Assembly (NCBI GenBank): GCA_021811735.1
Contig: JAJZNK010000015.1
Location: forward strand, 1 to 48,281
DNA from: Nanobdellota archaeon
GTDB taxonomy: Archaea; Nanobdellota; Nanobdellia; Parvarchaeales; Parvarchaeaceae
DNA length: 48,281 bases
Reading direction: 5' to 3'
Of the stretch, positions 28,894 to 37,164 are shown piece after piece (within the stretch, counting starts at the first letter, position 1; every line of letters starts with the position of its first letter). The notes beneath the pieces are model-generated. The model ran no database searches. It worked only from the letters and a program-made list of their open reading frames with translations, and had not been told where the DNA came from. The position numbers and the translations under genes were made by a program.

Positions 28894-29600
28894 AAAAAGG
28901 ACAGGTATTTACAATAGATTTGGTTGTAGGTAGTATAATAATCTTGAGTGTTATAACTTCTGCTTATGCTATAACGAACTATTACGTTTCGTTGAACAGC
29001 TCAATAACCACAAATAACAACTTCGTATCCTTAGTTTATTCCGCAATATCTTCTTTTTCTACAGTCTCCTCAACGGAAAATGCCATACTCCAATTTCAAA
29101 ATAGTGGGTCTTCATCAGCGCTTTCTGATTATGTCTCTTCCGTCCTAGGCGCAGAAGTACACGGGCCATTCATGTTAAATATTCTAACTAAGAACAATTA
29201 TTCCTCTTCCAATGTACCTAATCTGTTAATATTCTCCTATAATTCTGGCATTTCGTCATCATCATCCTACCTTCAATTCTACGAACCTATACTAATAACC
29301 AACTATAGCAGTGCATGCGGTTCCTCATGCAATCCCTCTCTTTCCGTAAAAAGCGTTTTTCCGTCTTATAATACCACTATAAACGCTATAAACTGTAACG
29401 TTGTTTACGACAATGGCAGTGCTACTGGCTGGACCATATTAAACAACACCCCCTCCGGAGACTGCACAATCGAGGTTCCTACCTATGCCAATCCGAACAA
29501 TTACGACGTAGTTACAACTTCTTCTAGCGGTAATCCGACTGGCTCTGCGACACTGTATATACTCGGACTTGATCTTATACAGTTTAAAGTCGCAAAGTGA
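28884..29600 (+). CDS. Class III signal peptide (type IV pilin-like) protein, paralogous N-terminus to the preceding gene
   Basis: MDMKKGQ/VFTIDLVVGSIIILSVITSAYAI. The body is S/T/N-rich with many N-x-S/T sequons. Overlaps the upstream gene by 10 nt. Confidence 0.65.
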   Translation: MDMKKGQVFTIDLVVGSIIILSVITSAYAITNYYVSLNSSITTNNNFVSLVYSAISSFSTVSSTENAILQFQNSGSSSALSDYVSSVLGAEVHGPFMLNILTKNNYSSSNVPNLLIFSYNSGISSSSSYLQFYEPILITNYSSACGSSCNPSLSVKSVFPSYNTTINAINCNVVYDNGSATGWTILNNTPSGDCTIEVPTYANPNNYDVVTTSSSGNPTGSATLYILGLDLIQFKVAK

Positions 29601-29601
29601 C

Positions 29602-29844
29602 CTATAAAAACACTATAGATCTATTCCTTTCAATTGATCCAAGCTGGAATTCCATCTCGGAGAGCTGTGACTCCACGTCACCGCGGGAGATACCCACTCT
29701 GACTGCGAGGTTGTTAATGTTCACCAACAATTCGCTTAACCGTTTAGCTTTTTCAAAATCTACGTTATTTCTGTATTGGTTGTACAAGGTTATCTGTTGC
29801 AGTAATTTCTCATATAGACTCTTCACTTCCTCCTTTTTCCCCAT
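29602..29844 (-). CDS. Hypothetical 80-aa helical protein
   Basis: A GAGGGGGG Shine-Dalgarno-like run lies a few nt upstream of the ATG, and the composition looks protein-like. The overlapping + strand ORF 29597..30052 is low-complexity and runs antisense into ABCE1, so it is judged spurious. Confidence 0.45.
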   Translation of the reverse strand: MGKKEEVKSLYEKLLQQITLYNQYRNNVDFEKAKRLSELLVNINNLAVRVGISRGDVESQLSEMEFQLGSIERNRSIVFL

Positions 29845-29948
29845 ATTTATCCCCCCTCATGTTTATACAGAGCCATTTTTACATAAAAAGAACCTCTTTG
29901 TATTACTAGAATATTACCAAGGAAACTTAATTTTTCATTTTAAAGTGA

Positions 29949-31667
29949 CTACTCTGCAAAGTAAATCCCAGAGGCCTTCTGTTCGACATCAAGTCTACTT
30001 CCCCTCTGATTTATTCTCGGCCTGCCACTGTCTTTATCTCTCCGTATGGTGATGTCTACCTCTTTAAGGAAATTGTTTATAGCTCTCCCAGTTCCTTCAA
30101 TATCGTCTGTCATACCGTTTACTCCTTTTTGTCCCTTAAAAAGTATGCTTCTTGGACACGTCGAATCAAGGAATGCTAAGTCATGGTCTACGATTATGGC
30201 GCATTTGCTTCTTGCAGATATGAATGAAGAGATTATACCCATACATTCCAACCTATCCTCAATATCAAGATTTGCAGATGGTTCATCGATAAGGTAAATA
30301 TCTGCCTCCTGCATCAGCGTAGTTATTATCGCTAGTTTCTGCAGTTCTCCTCCTGATAAGTTTTGGACGTTTTTGTTGATTATCTTATTCACTCCAAGTT
30401 TGTTTATTGAAGAAACTATCCCCATATCGTTCTGGTAATCTGGGTTTATGTTGATTAATGCATCGCTTACCAGCATATCAAACGGTTTTAATACTTGAGG
30501 TTTATACGCAATTTTTATCCCCAGCTCAAGTTTTCCTATACTAGTCTCCATTAATCCCGCAAGTGCTTTTATAAATGTGCTCTTTCCAATGCCGTTTTCC
30601 CCTATTACTCCAATCACATCGCCTCTGAAAAGTCTTCCTCCTTTAGTATCAAGCGTGAAGTCCTGAAGTTTTACAGTGAATTCTGGCCATGATATAAATG
30701 GTTCGTTTGTAGTTGGCGGAAGAGTCTTCTTTATCTTTATGCTATAATCTCTAAACCTTACGTTCTCTGTCGGTAGATATCCGTCAAGATAAGTGTTTAT
30801 ACCGTTTCTCGAGGGCATTACGTGGGAGGAGATACCATAGTTAGCCTCTGAGCCGTACAAAATCTGTATAAAATCAGTTATATAATCAAGCATGACAAGG
30901 TCATGCTCTACAACCACTACAGTTTTTTCTTGCAAAGCCTCCTTTATCTTAGTTGAAACATCCAATCTTGCACTTATATCAAGGTAATTCATAGGTTCAT
31001 CAAAAATGTACACATCAGCATCCTCATCCATTACTTTGGCTATTTCTACCAATTGTGCTTCTCCTCCAGAAAGTGTTTCGGTGTCTTTTTTAAGTAAATC
31101 TTTAGTTATTAATCCAAATCTGTTTACTTTCACCAAGTCATTGACTTTTCCAGTCTGATCAAATGACTGTTCTTTTTTTACCACTTTCAGACTGTTTGAA
31201 TACAGTTTCGTAAGATACGGCTGTATATCTTTTCCTCTAAACTCTTTTATTATCTCCTCATCAGTATAAGTTTTGTTAAAATTACCAAAGTTAGGCATCA
31301 GGCTATTCGAGATAAGCTTTATATTTGTAGTTTTACCTATTCCATTCCTACCTATCAATCCAACCACTTTGTTTTCTATAGGCGTTGCTATACTGAATGT
31401 TCTAAAGGAGTTAACTCCATACTGAAACGTGAGTTCTTTTGCCATCTCATCTGGAAGGTTGATTATCCTTATCGCATCAAATGGACAGCGTTTTACACAG
31501 ATCCCACAGGATATGCACAGGCTTTCGGTTATTGCTGCTTTTCCATTTTCTCTGGCATAAACAGTGTCTTTTGCACCTTCTCTTACTCTAGGACATACCT
31601 CTGCACATATGTAGTTACAGTTGTCTGGTGCCTCACATTCACTTTCTTTTATAACAGCTACTCTCAT
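29949..31667 (-). CDS. abcE1: ABCE1/RLI ribosome-recycling ATPase
   Basis: N-terminal FeS domain (CNYICAEVCP, CISCGICVKRCPFDAI). Two ABC modules: GLIGRNGIGKTT and GVIGENGIGKST, signatures LSGGEAQ and LSGGELQ, Walker B FDEP and IDEP. Confidence 0.93.
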   Translation of the reverse strand: MRVAVIKESECEAPDNCNYICAEVCPRVREGAKDTVYARENGKAAITESLCISCGICVKRCPFDAIRIINLPDEMAKELTFQYGVNSFRTFSIATPIENKVVGLIGRNGIGKTTNIKLISNSLMPNFGNFNKTYTDEEIIKEFRGKDIQPYLTKLYSNSLKVVKKEQSFDQTGKVNDLVKVNRFGLITKDLLKKDTETLSGGEAQLVEIAKVMDEDADVYIFDEPMNYLDISARLDVSTKIKEALQEKTVVVVEHDLVMLDYITDFIQILYGSEANYGISSHVMPSRNGINTYLDGYLPTENVRFRDYSIKIKKTLPPTTNEPFISWPEFTVKLQDFTLDTKGGRLFRGDVIGVIGENGIGKSTFIKALAGLMETSIGKLELGIKIAYKPQVLKPFDMLVSDALININPDYQNDMGIVSSINKLGVNKIINKNVQNLSGGELQKLAIITTLMQEADIYLIDEPSANLDIEDRLECMGIISSFISARSKCAIIVDHDLAFLDSTCPRSILFKGQKGVNGMTDDIEGTGRAINNFLKEVDITIRRDKDSGRPRINQRGSRLDVEQKASGIYFAE

Positions 31668-31795
31668 TTCGTTAATACACTCTCTTTATTCATATATAAT
31701 CTTTATATTCGCCCATCTTCCATTATTTCTATCTAATTCTTGTTTACAGTAACTCAACCATATATATTTTTATTTTTACCAGACTATACTATATA

Positions 31796-32269
31796 ATGGA
31801 TAAATATGATACAAACTGTTCTATAATGGAACACAGAACAATATCAAGCATGACTAAGGATGGACATACAGACGCAGAGATTAAGGAGATATTATCAAAA
31901 TATAAAAAAGTGGCCGTAATAGGCATGTCAAGGGAGGAAGGTAAAGCCAGTCACGAAATTCCAAGCTATCTTATCCGAAAGGGATATGATGTCATCCCTG
32001 TTAATCCAAACACTGATTCCATTCTTGGCAGAAAATCATATAACTCCATAGGGGAAGTAACTGATGATATAGACATTGTAGATGTTTTCAGGCCATCCGA
32101 AAAGGTTTTGGCCGTGGTGAAAGACGCCATACTTAAAAATCCAAAAGTAATCTGGCTACAGGAAGGCATATCAAATGATGAGGCAAGAAAAGCGGCGGAG
32201 GGAAGTGGAATACTATTCGTGTTTAACCGGTGTATGATGAAAGAACATATTCGCCTTTTTGGAGAATAA
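31796..32269 (+). CDS. CoA-binding domain protein (YccU-like)
   Basis: KKVAVIGMSREEGKASHEIPSYLIRKGYDVIPVNP and DIVDVFRPSE are typical of the CoA_binding_2 family. AT-rich TATA-like run about 25-35 nt upstream. Confidence 0.7.
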   Translation: MDKYDTNCSIMEHRTISSMTKDGHTDAEIKEILSKYKKVAVIGMSREEGKASHEIPSYLIRKGYDVIPVNPNTDSILGRKSYNSIGEVTDDIDIVDVFRPSEKVLAVVKDAILKNPKVIWLQEGISNDEARKAAEGSGILFVFNRCMMKEHIRLFGE

Positions 32270-32299
32270 GTATTTAAAGTATAATCCACTAAGCTAGGT

Positions 32300-32692
32300 A
32301 TGTCAACTTCGGTGTGCAAATGCTATAAGTGTGGCTATAAATTCAACTATGAGTTTATATTTGGTGCATCATTCCACAGTATAAGACTGGGCACAAAGAG
32401 AATATTCCGCTGCCCAAAATGCAAGACACTCCAGAAGTTCTATTTAATGGATAAAGGTCCGAACAAATCACTAAAAACTTACGGAGACAGTTCAGAGCTC
32501 GGTATAGGTGCAAAAATGTGGGCCGTAATTCTATTACCTACGTTGGTGCTTACGTTCTTTGGAGCATTTTCCTTCAGTCTGTTCATAAAACCAGTATATC
32601 TCCATCTCGTTTTAATTATTTTGGGGATAGCATGGCTGTTTGCATCCTTAGTGTATATTATATTCACGGTCGGACCTAAGAAGGGTAAGTGA
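32300..32692 (+). CDS. Zinc-ribbon membrane protein, function unknown
   Basis: CYKCGYKF...CPKCKT (CxxC...CxxC) followed by two hydrophobic helices. Confidence 0.45.
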   Translation: MSTSVCKCYKCGYKFNYEFIFGASFHSIRLGTKRIFRCPKCKTLQKFYLMDKGPNKSLKTYGDSSELGIGAKMWAVILLPTLVLTFFGAFSFSLFIKPVYLHLVLIILGIAWLFASLVYIIFTVGPKKGK

Positions 32693-33255
32693 TGGTATAT
32701 AATTTTATACTTCCAAGCCCTGGCAGTATCGACATAGCGTCCATTATAATGTTTCTCACAGGGGTTTCACTCATATTTCTGGGGATATTTGGAAGGAGAA
32801 AAAACGAGAATACGAGGGGGATAAAAAACACTTCCTATATTCTGATAGTAACAGGTTTAGTTATCATAGTGGTTGGAATCTTCCTATTCTTTGCCCTAAG
32901 CGCGCCGTATAGTGTTATTATAGGAAATGGCTACATATATGTAAACGGCCCAATGATCGGGGGAGGTAGTATAAACGTAACATCAAATGAAATAGCCAAT
33001 GCCTACGTCGGGAATATAGTTACTGGAAACCTAACTATATCCGTAAGAACAGGGGGAACCAGCATCGGTAATTTAAACGCAGGTAAGTTCTTGCTTAGTA
33101 ACAACGCGAGTGCTTATCTTGCGTCAGAAAACAACACTGATGTGATAATTAGATTAAAAAGTGGAGAATACTTTATAATCGGCAACAATGATACATACCT
33201 CTTGGCATCCACCGTGTCTAGGTACGTTTATAACATTAGTGGATACCCTCCATGA
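32689..33255 (+). CDS. Membrane protein with two TM helices and a C-terminal beta-rich (possibly bacterial PH-like) domain
   Basis: Hydrophobic segments IASIIMFLTGVSLIFLGIFG and ILIVTGLVIIVVGIFLFFAL. The 4-nt overlap with the upstream gene suggests co-translation. The PH-like call is tentative. Confidence 0.4.
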   Translation: MMVYNFILPSPGSIDIASIIMFLTGVSLIFLGIFGRRKNENTRGIKNTSYILIVTGLVIIVVGIFLFFALSAPYSVIIGNGYIYVNGPMIGGGSINVTSNEIANAYVGNIVTGNLTISVRTGGTSIGNLNAGKFLLSNNASAYLASENNTDVIIRLKSGEYFIIGNNDTYLLASTVSRYVYNISGYPP

Positions 33256-33300
33256 ATATACATAAAAAAGCATTTATTCTACGTTCTTCTTCATTAAAAC

Positions 33301-34977
33301 ATGACCGAATATACATTAAATAACAAGTTCAATAGCCCGTTCAATAAGGTTCAGTTCGGAGTTTCGATTGGAGAGAGGAACCAGCTTGAAGAGTTTTCAA
33401 AAGTTCTGAGAAGCGGTGCAAGAATGGTGGAGGTCGACATCGCCAGCGTGTATGGTCTTATGAGAGAAGAGGGAAACGCGGCAGACACTATAAGCAAGAC
33501 TGAAAGAGAGGCTATTGCCAATCTCGCAAAAGTTAATGATGTTGATTTAAGCGTCCATGCTCCTTGGGCACTGAATTTCTCCAGTTTAAATCCTGAGTCC
33601 GGGAAGAAAGACGCGGCGTATGGGCATCTGGTTGAGAATGAGATTGGTGCGGCCCTGCAATTTGCGGACGATATAGGAAAAAAGATGGGCAGAAAAAACA
33701 TGCCTGTAATATTTCATGCTTCTTCAGATAATTTCTCTGATCCAGATAGGAATCTTATATATTCAGTTTATGATACAGAAGAGAAAAAAGTTCTTCAGGT
33801 ACCGTCACAGGAGATTGATCTTGGGGTGGGATCATTGAACCTGTCCGATCCAAGCGAAAGAAAACTCAAGGCAGAAAAAGCGTTTTCCGAAATTTACGGT
33901 GACGAACTTTACAATAAGATTTTCGGAAACAAAAACAATAAATCCCTAGGACTTGTCTCGGATGAGGGGAAGGTAATATTAAAACCAGAAGGAGCCTTCG
34001 AATTTCAAAAGGCAAAGTTTTCACAGCAGTTTGCACAAGAGAGATCTAGTATTAGTTTAAATCTTAGAAATCTCGAATATCAAAGGCTGGATGCGCTAAG
34101 AAGGATGGGGGCTGCAAAGGCCAGTTCGAATCGCAAGGAATTAGAGGAGGCACAGAAAGATCTGGAAGATTCCGAAAGCATGATTAAAAATATCAAAGAA
34201 AAGAGAGAGGAGCTTAAAATACAAGAAAAAAACATTGCAACTAAGTTCGTACCATATGATGAAATTGCTCCAAAGCTAGCCGCAGAAGGGATTACAAAAG
34301 CAGCGATGTTTTCATATAAGAACACAGAGTCAAAACCAATTGTGCTAGTTGAAAACCCGATGTCTCCTAATATGTCCCTTAGCAATCCAAAGGACACTGC
34401 CGAGGCTGTTAAAATTGCAAGACAGAATTTCGCAGAAGAGCTACAGCAGAAGGAACATATATCTCGTGGGGAAGCTGAAAGGATAAGCAGCGAATTAATA
34501 GGGATAAATCTTGACGTAGGGCACGTAAATGTGTTCAAATCTTATATAAATCCAAAGACTGGAAAGCTTTATTCGGATAAGGATGTAGTTGAGATGTCAA
34601 AGTCAGCTGCGGACTATCTGAAACGATATCATTTAAATGATAACATGGGTAACAAAGATAACCACCTCCCTCTTGGACAGGGAAACGCGCCGGTAAAGGA
34701 GATATATGACGCCATGATGGAAAAAGGTCTTGACGTTCCTGCGATAATGGAAGTTTTCGGAGGTTTGGGAGGGCTGGAATCTGGCACGATTCAATCCCTG
34801 CAGTACATGGGCGCTCCAATATACGGAAATGTACCATACGTTTCACTTCCTTCTTATTTAGGGCAGCCTTATTCATCAATAGTGGGAGACTATTCATCAT
34901 ATTCTAATCTTGGTCTTAAACAGGACCTATTCTCGTATGGCGGCTTTTCTAATATATTCCCAGCAGCATGGAGATGA
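33301..34977 (+). CDS. AP-endonuclease-2/xylose-isomerase-like TIM-barrel protein with a large internal insertion and a Tyr/Ser/Gly-rich tail
   Basis: Family-like metal-site motifs in order: LSVHAPW (about aa 86), VIFHASS (about 139), IVLVENP (about 351), INLDVGHVN (about 405-408), YHLNDNMGNKDNHLPLGQGN (about 444-455). Residues about 150-345 have no counterpart in the compact family members I know and include a charged coiled-coil-like stretch. Confidence 0.55.
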   Translation: MTEYTLNNKFNSPFNKVQFGVSIGERNQLEEFSKVLRSGARMVEVDIASVYGLMREEGNAADTISKTEREAIANLAKVNDVDLSVHAPWALNFSSLNPESGKKDAAYGHLVENEIGAALQFADDIGKKMGRKNMPVIFHASSDNFSDPDRNLIYSVYDTEEKKVLQVPSQEIDLGVGSLNLSDPSERKLKAEKAFSEIYGDELYNKIFGNKNNKSLGLVSDEGKVILKPEGAFEFQKAKFSQQFAQERSSISLNLRNLEYQRLDALRRMGAAKASSNRKELEEAQKDLEDSESMIKNIKEKREELKIQEKNIATKFVPYDEIAPKLAAEGITKAAMFSYKNTESKPIVLVENPMSPNMSLSNPKDTAEAVKIARQNFAEELQQKEHISRGEAERISSELIGINLDVGHVNVFKSYINPKTGKLYSDKDVVEMSKSAADYLKRYHLNDNMGNKDNHLPLGQGNAPVKEIYDAMMEKGLDVPAIMEVFGGLGGLESGTIQSLQYMGAPIYGNVPYVSLPSYLGQPYSSIVGDYSSYSNLGLKQDLFSYGGFSNIFPAAWR

Positions 34978-35810
34978 TACATGGAAAACAAGGGAAATCA
35001 AGGTTTCTCGGGGGCACCGATGGTTTAATGGAAGAAAACAACGAAAAAGGAAGGTTGGAACTAAAAGGGTATGATGGGGCGTATAAATTTGCAAAAGGAA
35101 TCTTCGAAGCGTATCCTAAAATAATGAAAACTATTGTTTTGTTTGGATCCTACAGCAAGGGAAAGCAGACGGAAGACAGCGACGTCGATGTAATGGTAGT
35201 AATGGATGATGTTTTGAATAAGCTTGACGAAAAAGTCCAGTCTCTTATATTCTCGGACGTCGACAGGCTTGTCAAGGGAAGTGAGATAAAGCTTCACATA
35301 AACTTTGTAACTTTAACAGCTTTTTGGAGAGGGGTTATAGCAGCAGACCCGGTTTCCGTGAATGTGTTGAAATACGGTGTTCCATTAATAGATACTGGTT
35401 ATTTTGAGCCGTTGCAGGCACTTTTAAATATGGGCGAGATCAAACCGACGGAAGAGTCAATCTATGCTTCACTCACCAGGAGCGAGCTATATTCAAATTC
35501 CGCAAGACTAAAACTTGCAGGAGTGGTGACGGACATGTATTGGGGAGTAGTTAACTCGGCTCAGGCCGCATTAATGAGACAGGGTGAAATTCCTCCTTCT
35601 CCAGAGGTTATACCGGAAATGCTGAAAAAACTTGAAAAAATGGGACTGATAAACGAAAAGTATCTCACCGATTTCAATGAAATATTCGAGTTGGGTAAGA
35701 GGATATTTCACGGCGAAAAAATAGAAATAAATGGTGAAAAGGCACAGGAGCTTCTAGTCAAGGGTATTGAGTTCAATTCCAAAATGGCAGAATTAGCAAA
35801 ATCTAAATAA
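34968..35810 (+). CDS. Pol-beta-type nucleotidyltransferase domain fused to a helical (HEPN-like) C-terminal domain
   Basis: IVLFGSYSKGKQTEDSDVDVMVVMDD is the GS...DxD minimal nucleotidyltransferase motif. The C-terminal half is all-helical. The start is uncertain (34968 overlaps the upstream stop by 10 nt; alternative ATG at 35028). Confidence 0.65.
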   Translation: MEMIHGKQGKSRFLGGTDGLMEENNEKGRLELKGYDGAYKFAKGIFEAYPKIMKTIVLFGSYSKGKQTEDSDVDVMVVMDDVLNKLDEKVQSLIFSDVDRLVKGSEIKLHINFVTLTAFWRGVIAADPVSVNVLKYGVPLIDTGYFEPLQALLNMGEIKPTEESIYASLTRSELYSNSARLKLAGVVTDMYWGVVNSAQAALMRQGEIPPSPEVIPEMLKKLEKMGLINEKYLTDFNEIFELGKRIFHGEKIEINGEKAQELLVKGIEFNSKMAELAKSK

Positions 35811-36354
35811 AAATATTTATAAGGATTCCCGTAATAGCACTTACACCGGCTATAAGTAATCCTACCCCAGCAGTCTTTAGCCCGTCTTTTATCCTGTCTG
35901 CCTTTTTCTCAATATGGTATCCTCCCAAGTATGCTAATATCGCTAAGCTCAGTGCAAGAGAAATTATACTATCTGAGAAATTCCGAGAAATTCCGATAAT
36001 GGAATAGATAATATACGGTATCAAGACGATAAAACTCCCAAGTAACGTGGAAAGGAAACTTACCTCGGCATATATCAAGTTTTTGAATTTTTTCATCCTA
36101 GTCATCTTGTTTGGGTTGTAATCCCTAGCGAACAAAACTCTTCCATACTCCTTTATCTGCTGGCCCAGTACGAAGTTCTCGGCATTGTACGTCGAGAAAA
36201 AGTTCGAAAGTGAGCCGCTGATTCCCACTAACAAAATAGACGCAAAAGTGAGTTGGTAGTTATGAAAAAATGATATCCCAAGTGATATACCCAACCCTAG
36301 AAATAATCCATCGCTTAATCCGAGGATTATATATCTACTTCTTGATTTTTCCAT
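35803..36354 (-). CDS. VIT1/CCC1-like membrane protein (TM domain only)
   Basis: LGLSDGLFLGLGISLGISF resembles the VIT-family GxxDGLVS motif. About five TM segments and a C-terminal GLLIAGVSAITGILINIF. Confidence 0.45.
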   Translation of the reverse strand: MEKSRSRYIILGLSDGLFLGLGISLGISFFHNYQLTFASILLVGISGSLSNFFSTYNAENFVLGQQIKEYGRVLFARDYNPNKMTRMKKFKNLIYAEVSFLSTLLGSFIVLIPYIIYSIIGISRNFSDSIISLALSLAILAYLGGYHIEKKADRIKDGLKTAGVGLLIAGVSAITGILINIFI

Positions 36355-36607
36355 TGGAACTGACTGTCGCTTCGTCTAGGCTGTTTATAACGGCACCCCT
36401 ATCCTTCAGTGCCTTTTGCACACCTTCAAAGTTTATTTTCAAGCCTTCTATGACTATTTTTAGACCTTCTGTGTGGATGTCAACCTCTACAACCTTTATA
36501 AAAACATTACCATTTCTAACGTATTTTGCTAGGTCGTTTGCCAAATCTATTATGTTATATTCTCCAATAGGCTTTACAGCATCAATAACTATTCTGGTTA
36601 AATACAT
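36335..36607 (-). CDS. DUF211-family small protein
   Basis: LTRIVIDAVKP...IIDLANDL...VVEVDIHTEGLKIVIEG..INFEGVQKALKDRGAVINSLDE matches the DUF211 pattern (RlVLDVLKP...E.D..T....i.ieG..id...i...IE..GgvIHSIDE). Confidence 0.6.
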   Translation of the reverse strand: MYLTRIVIDAVKPIGEYNIIDLANDLAKYVRNGNVFIKVVEVDIHTEGLKIVIEGLKINFEGVQKALKDRGAVINSLDEATVSSNGKIKK

Positions 36608-36696
36608 ACAATGTGTATTCTATGAAGGTTCTTGTTAATAAACCTTTATTTGCCACTTTTAGTATATTTTTATCCAAAAATCGATTTTTGCAAATG

Positions 36697-36704
36697 TTTA
36701 AATA
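36697..36704 (+). promoter_or_regulatory. TATA-box-like element for the leaderless pilin-like gene 36727
   Basis: TTTAAATA is centred about 27 nt upstream of the ATG. Comparable boxes sit 25-27 nt upstream of the ATGs at 37165 (CTTTTATTT, 37136-37144), 37849 (ATTTTAAAT, 37818-37826), 39168 (ATTTAAAAA, 39138-39146) and 40437 (TTATTTAAAG, 40407-40416). Confidence 0.4.
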
Positions 36705-36726
36705 CTAGAATTTTTAGTAGATAAAT

Positions 36727-37104
36727 ATGTCATTTGAAAGAAGAGCACAAGGCTTGCCAATCAATACAATTATATTGATTGCAGTGGGTTTGCTTATTTT
36801 GGTATTGCTTATAACTTTCGTTTTGGGAGGTTTTAAGGGGTTGGGGGCTGCTTCGCCTGCCAGTTCAACATTATCTACGTTCTCTGCCACGTGCTCCTCT
36901 TATTCTACGGTCGTGCCTGCTAGTTTAGGTTTTTCAGACTGGTGTACTGATGTCGTTGCGAATCCGTCAGGATCTGGAGTTTATCACTGTTATTCTGATC
37001 TGTCCGTTGCGCCAGGGACAACACAGACGGCAAATCCGACAACCATAGTCCTTAGCAATGGAACAGAGGTAGGTTACACTGACTGTCAAGCTGCATATCC
37101 TTAG
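36727..37104 (+). CDS. Class III signal peptide (type IV pilin-like) protein
   Basis: MSFERRAQG/LPINTIILIAVGLLILVLLITFVLGG has a basic leader, a G at the putative -1 position and a hydrophobic helix. The body is S/T/A/C-rich with 6 Cys. Confidence 0.6.
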   Translation: MSFERRAQGLPINTIILIAVGLLILVLLITFVLGGFKGLGAASPASSTLSTFSATCSSYSTVVPASLGFSDWCTDVVANPSGSGVYHCYSDLSVAPGTTQTANPTTIVLSNGTEVGYTDCQAAYP

Positions 37105-37164
37105 AAAATCTGCTTTAAGTCAAACACATAAAAAGCTTTTATTTGTGGTCGAAGTATTTTATAG

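Noticed and set aside
29597-30052. 151-aa + strand ORF following the second pilin-like gene
   Set aside because: The sequence is low-complexity, and its 3' third is antisense to the well-supported ABCE1 gene. The opposite-strand 80-aa ORF (29602..29844) has a strong Shine-Dalgarno-like sequence and a more protein-like composition.
35975-35996. Tandem 10-nt duplication GAGAAATTCC x2.2 inside the VIT-like gene, considered as a frameshifting duplication or pseudogene signal
   Set aside because: The ORF reads through it (…IIGISRNFSDSII…) into a C-terminus that still looks like a VIT-family TM helix. Removing one copy would create a premature stop. So the present sequence is the intact frame, and the repeat is probably coincidental.
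33301-37104. GC-richer stretch considered as a horizontally acquired island
   Set aside because: Only a few 60-nt lines were counted by hand. GC varies gene by gene (the pilin-like 36841 line is 33/60, the 38041 line 17/60) and tracks amino-acid composition. No flanking tRNA, integrase or repeats are present. It is kept only as a side note under the TIM-barrel finding.
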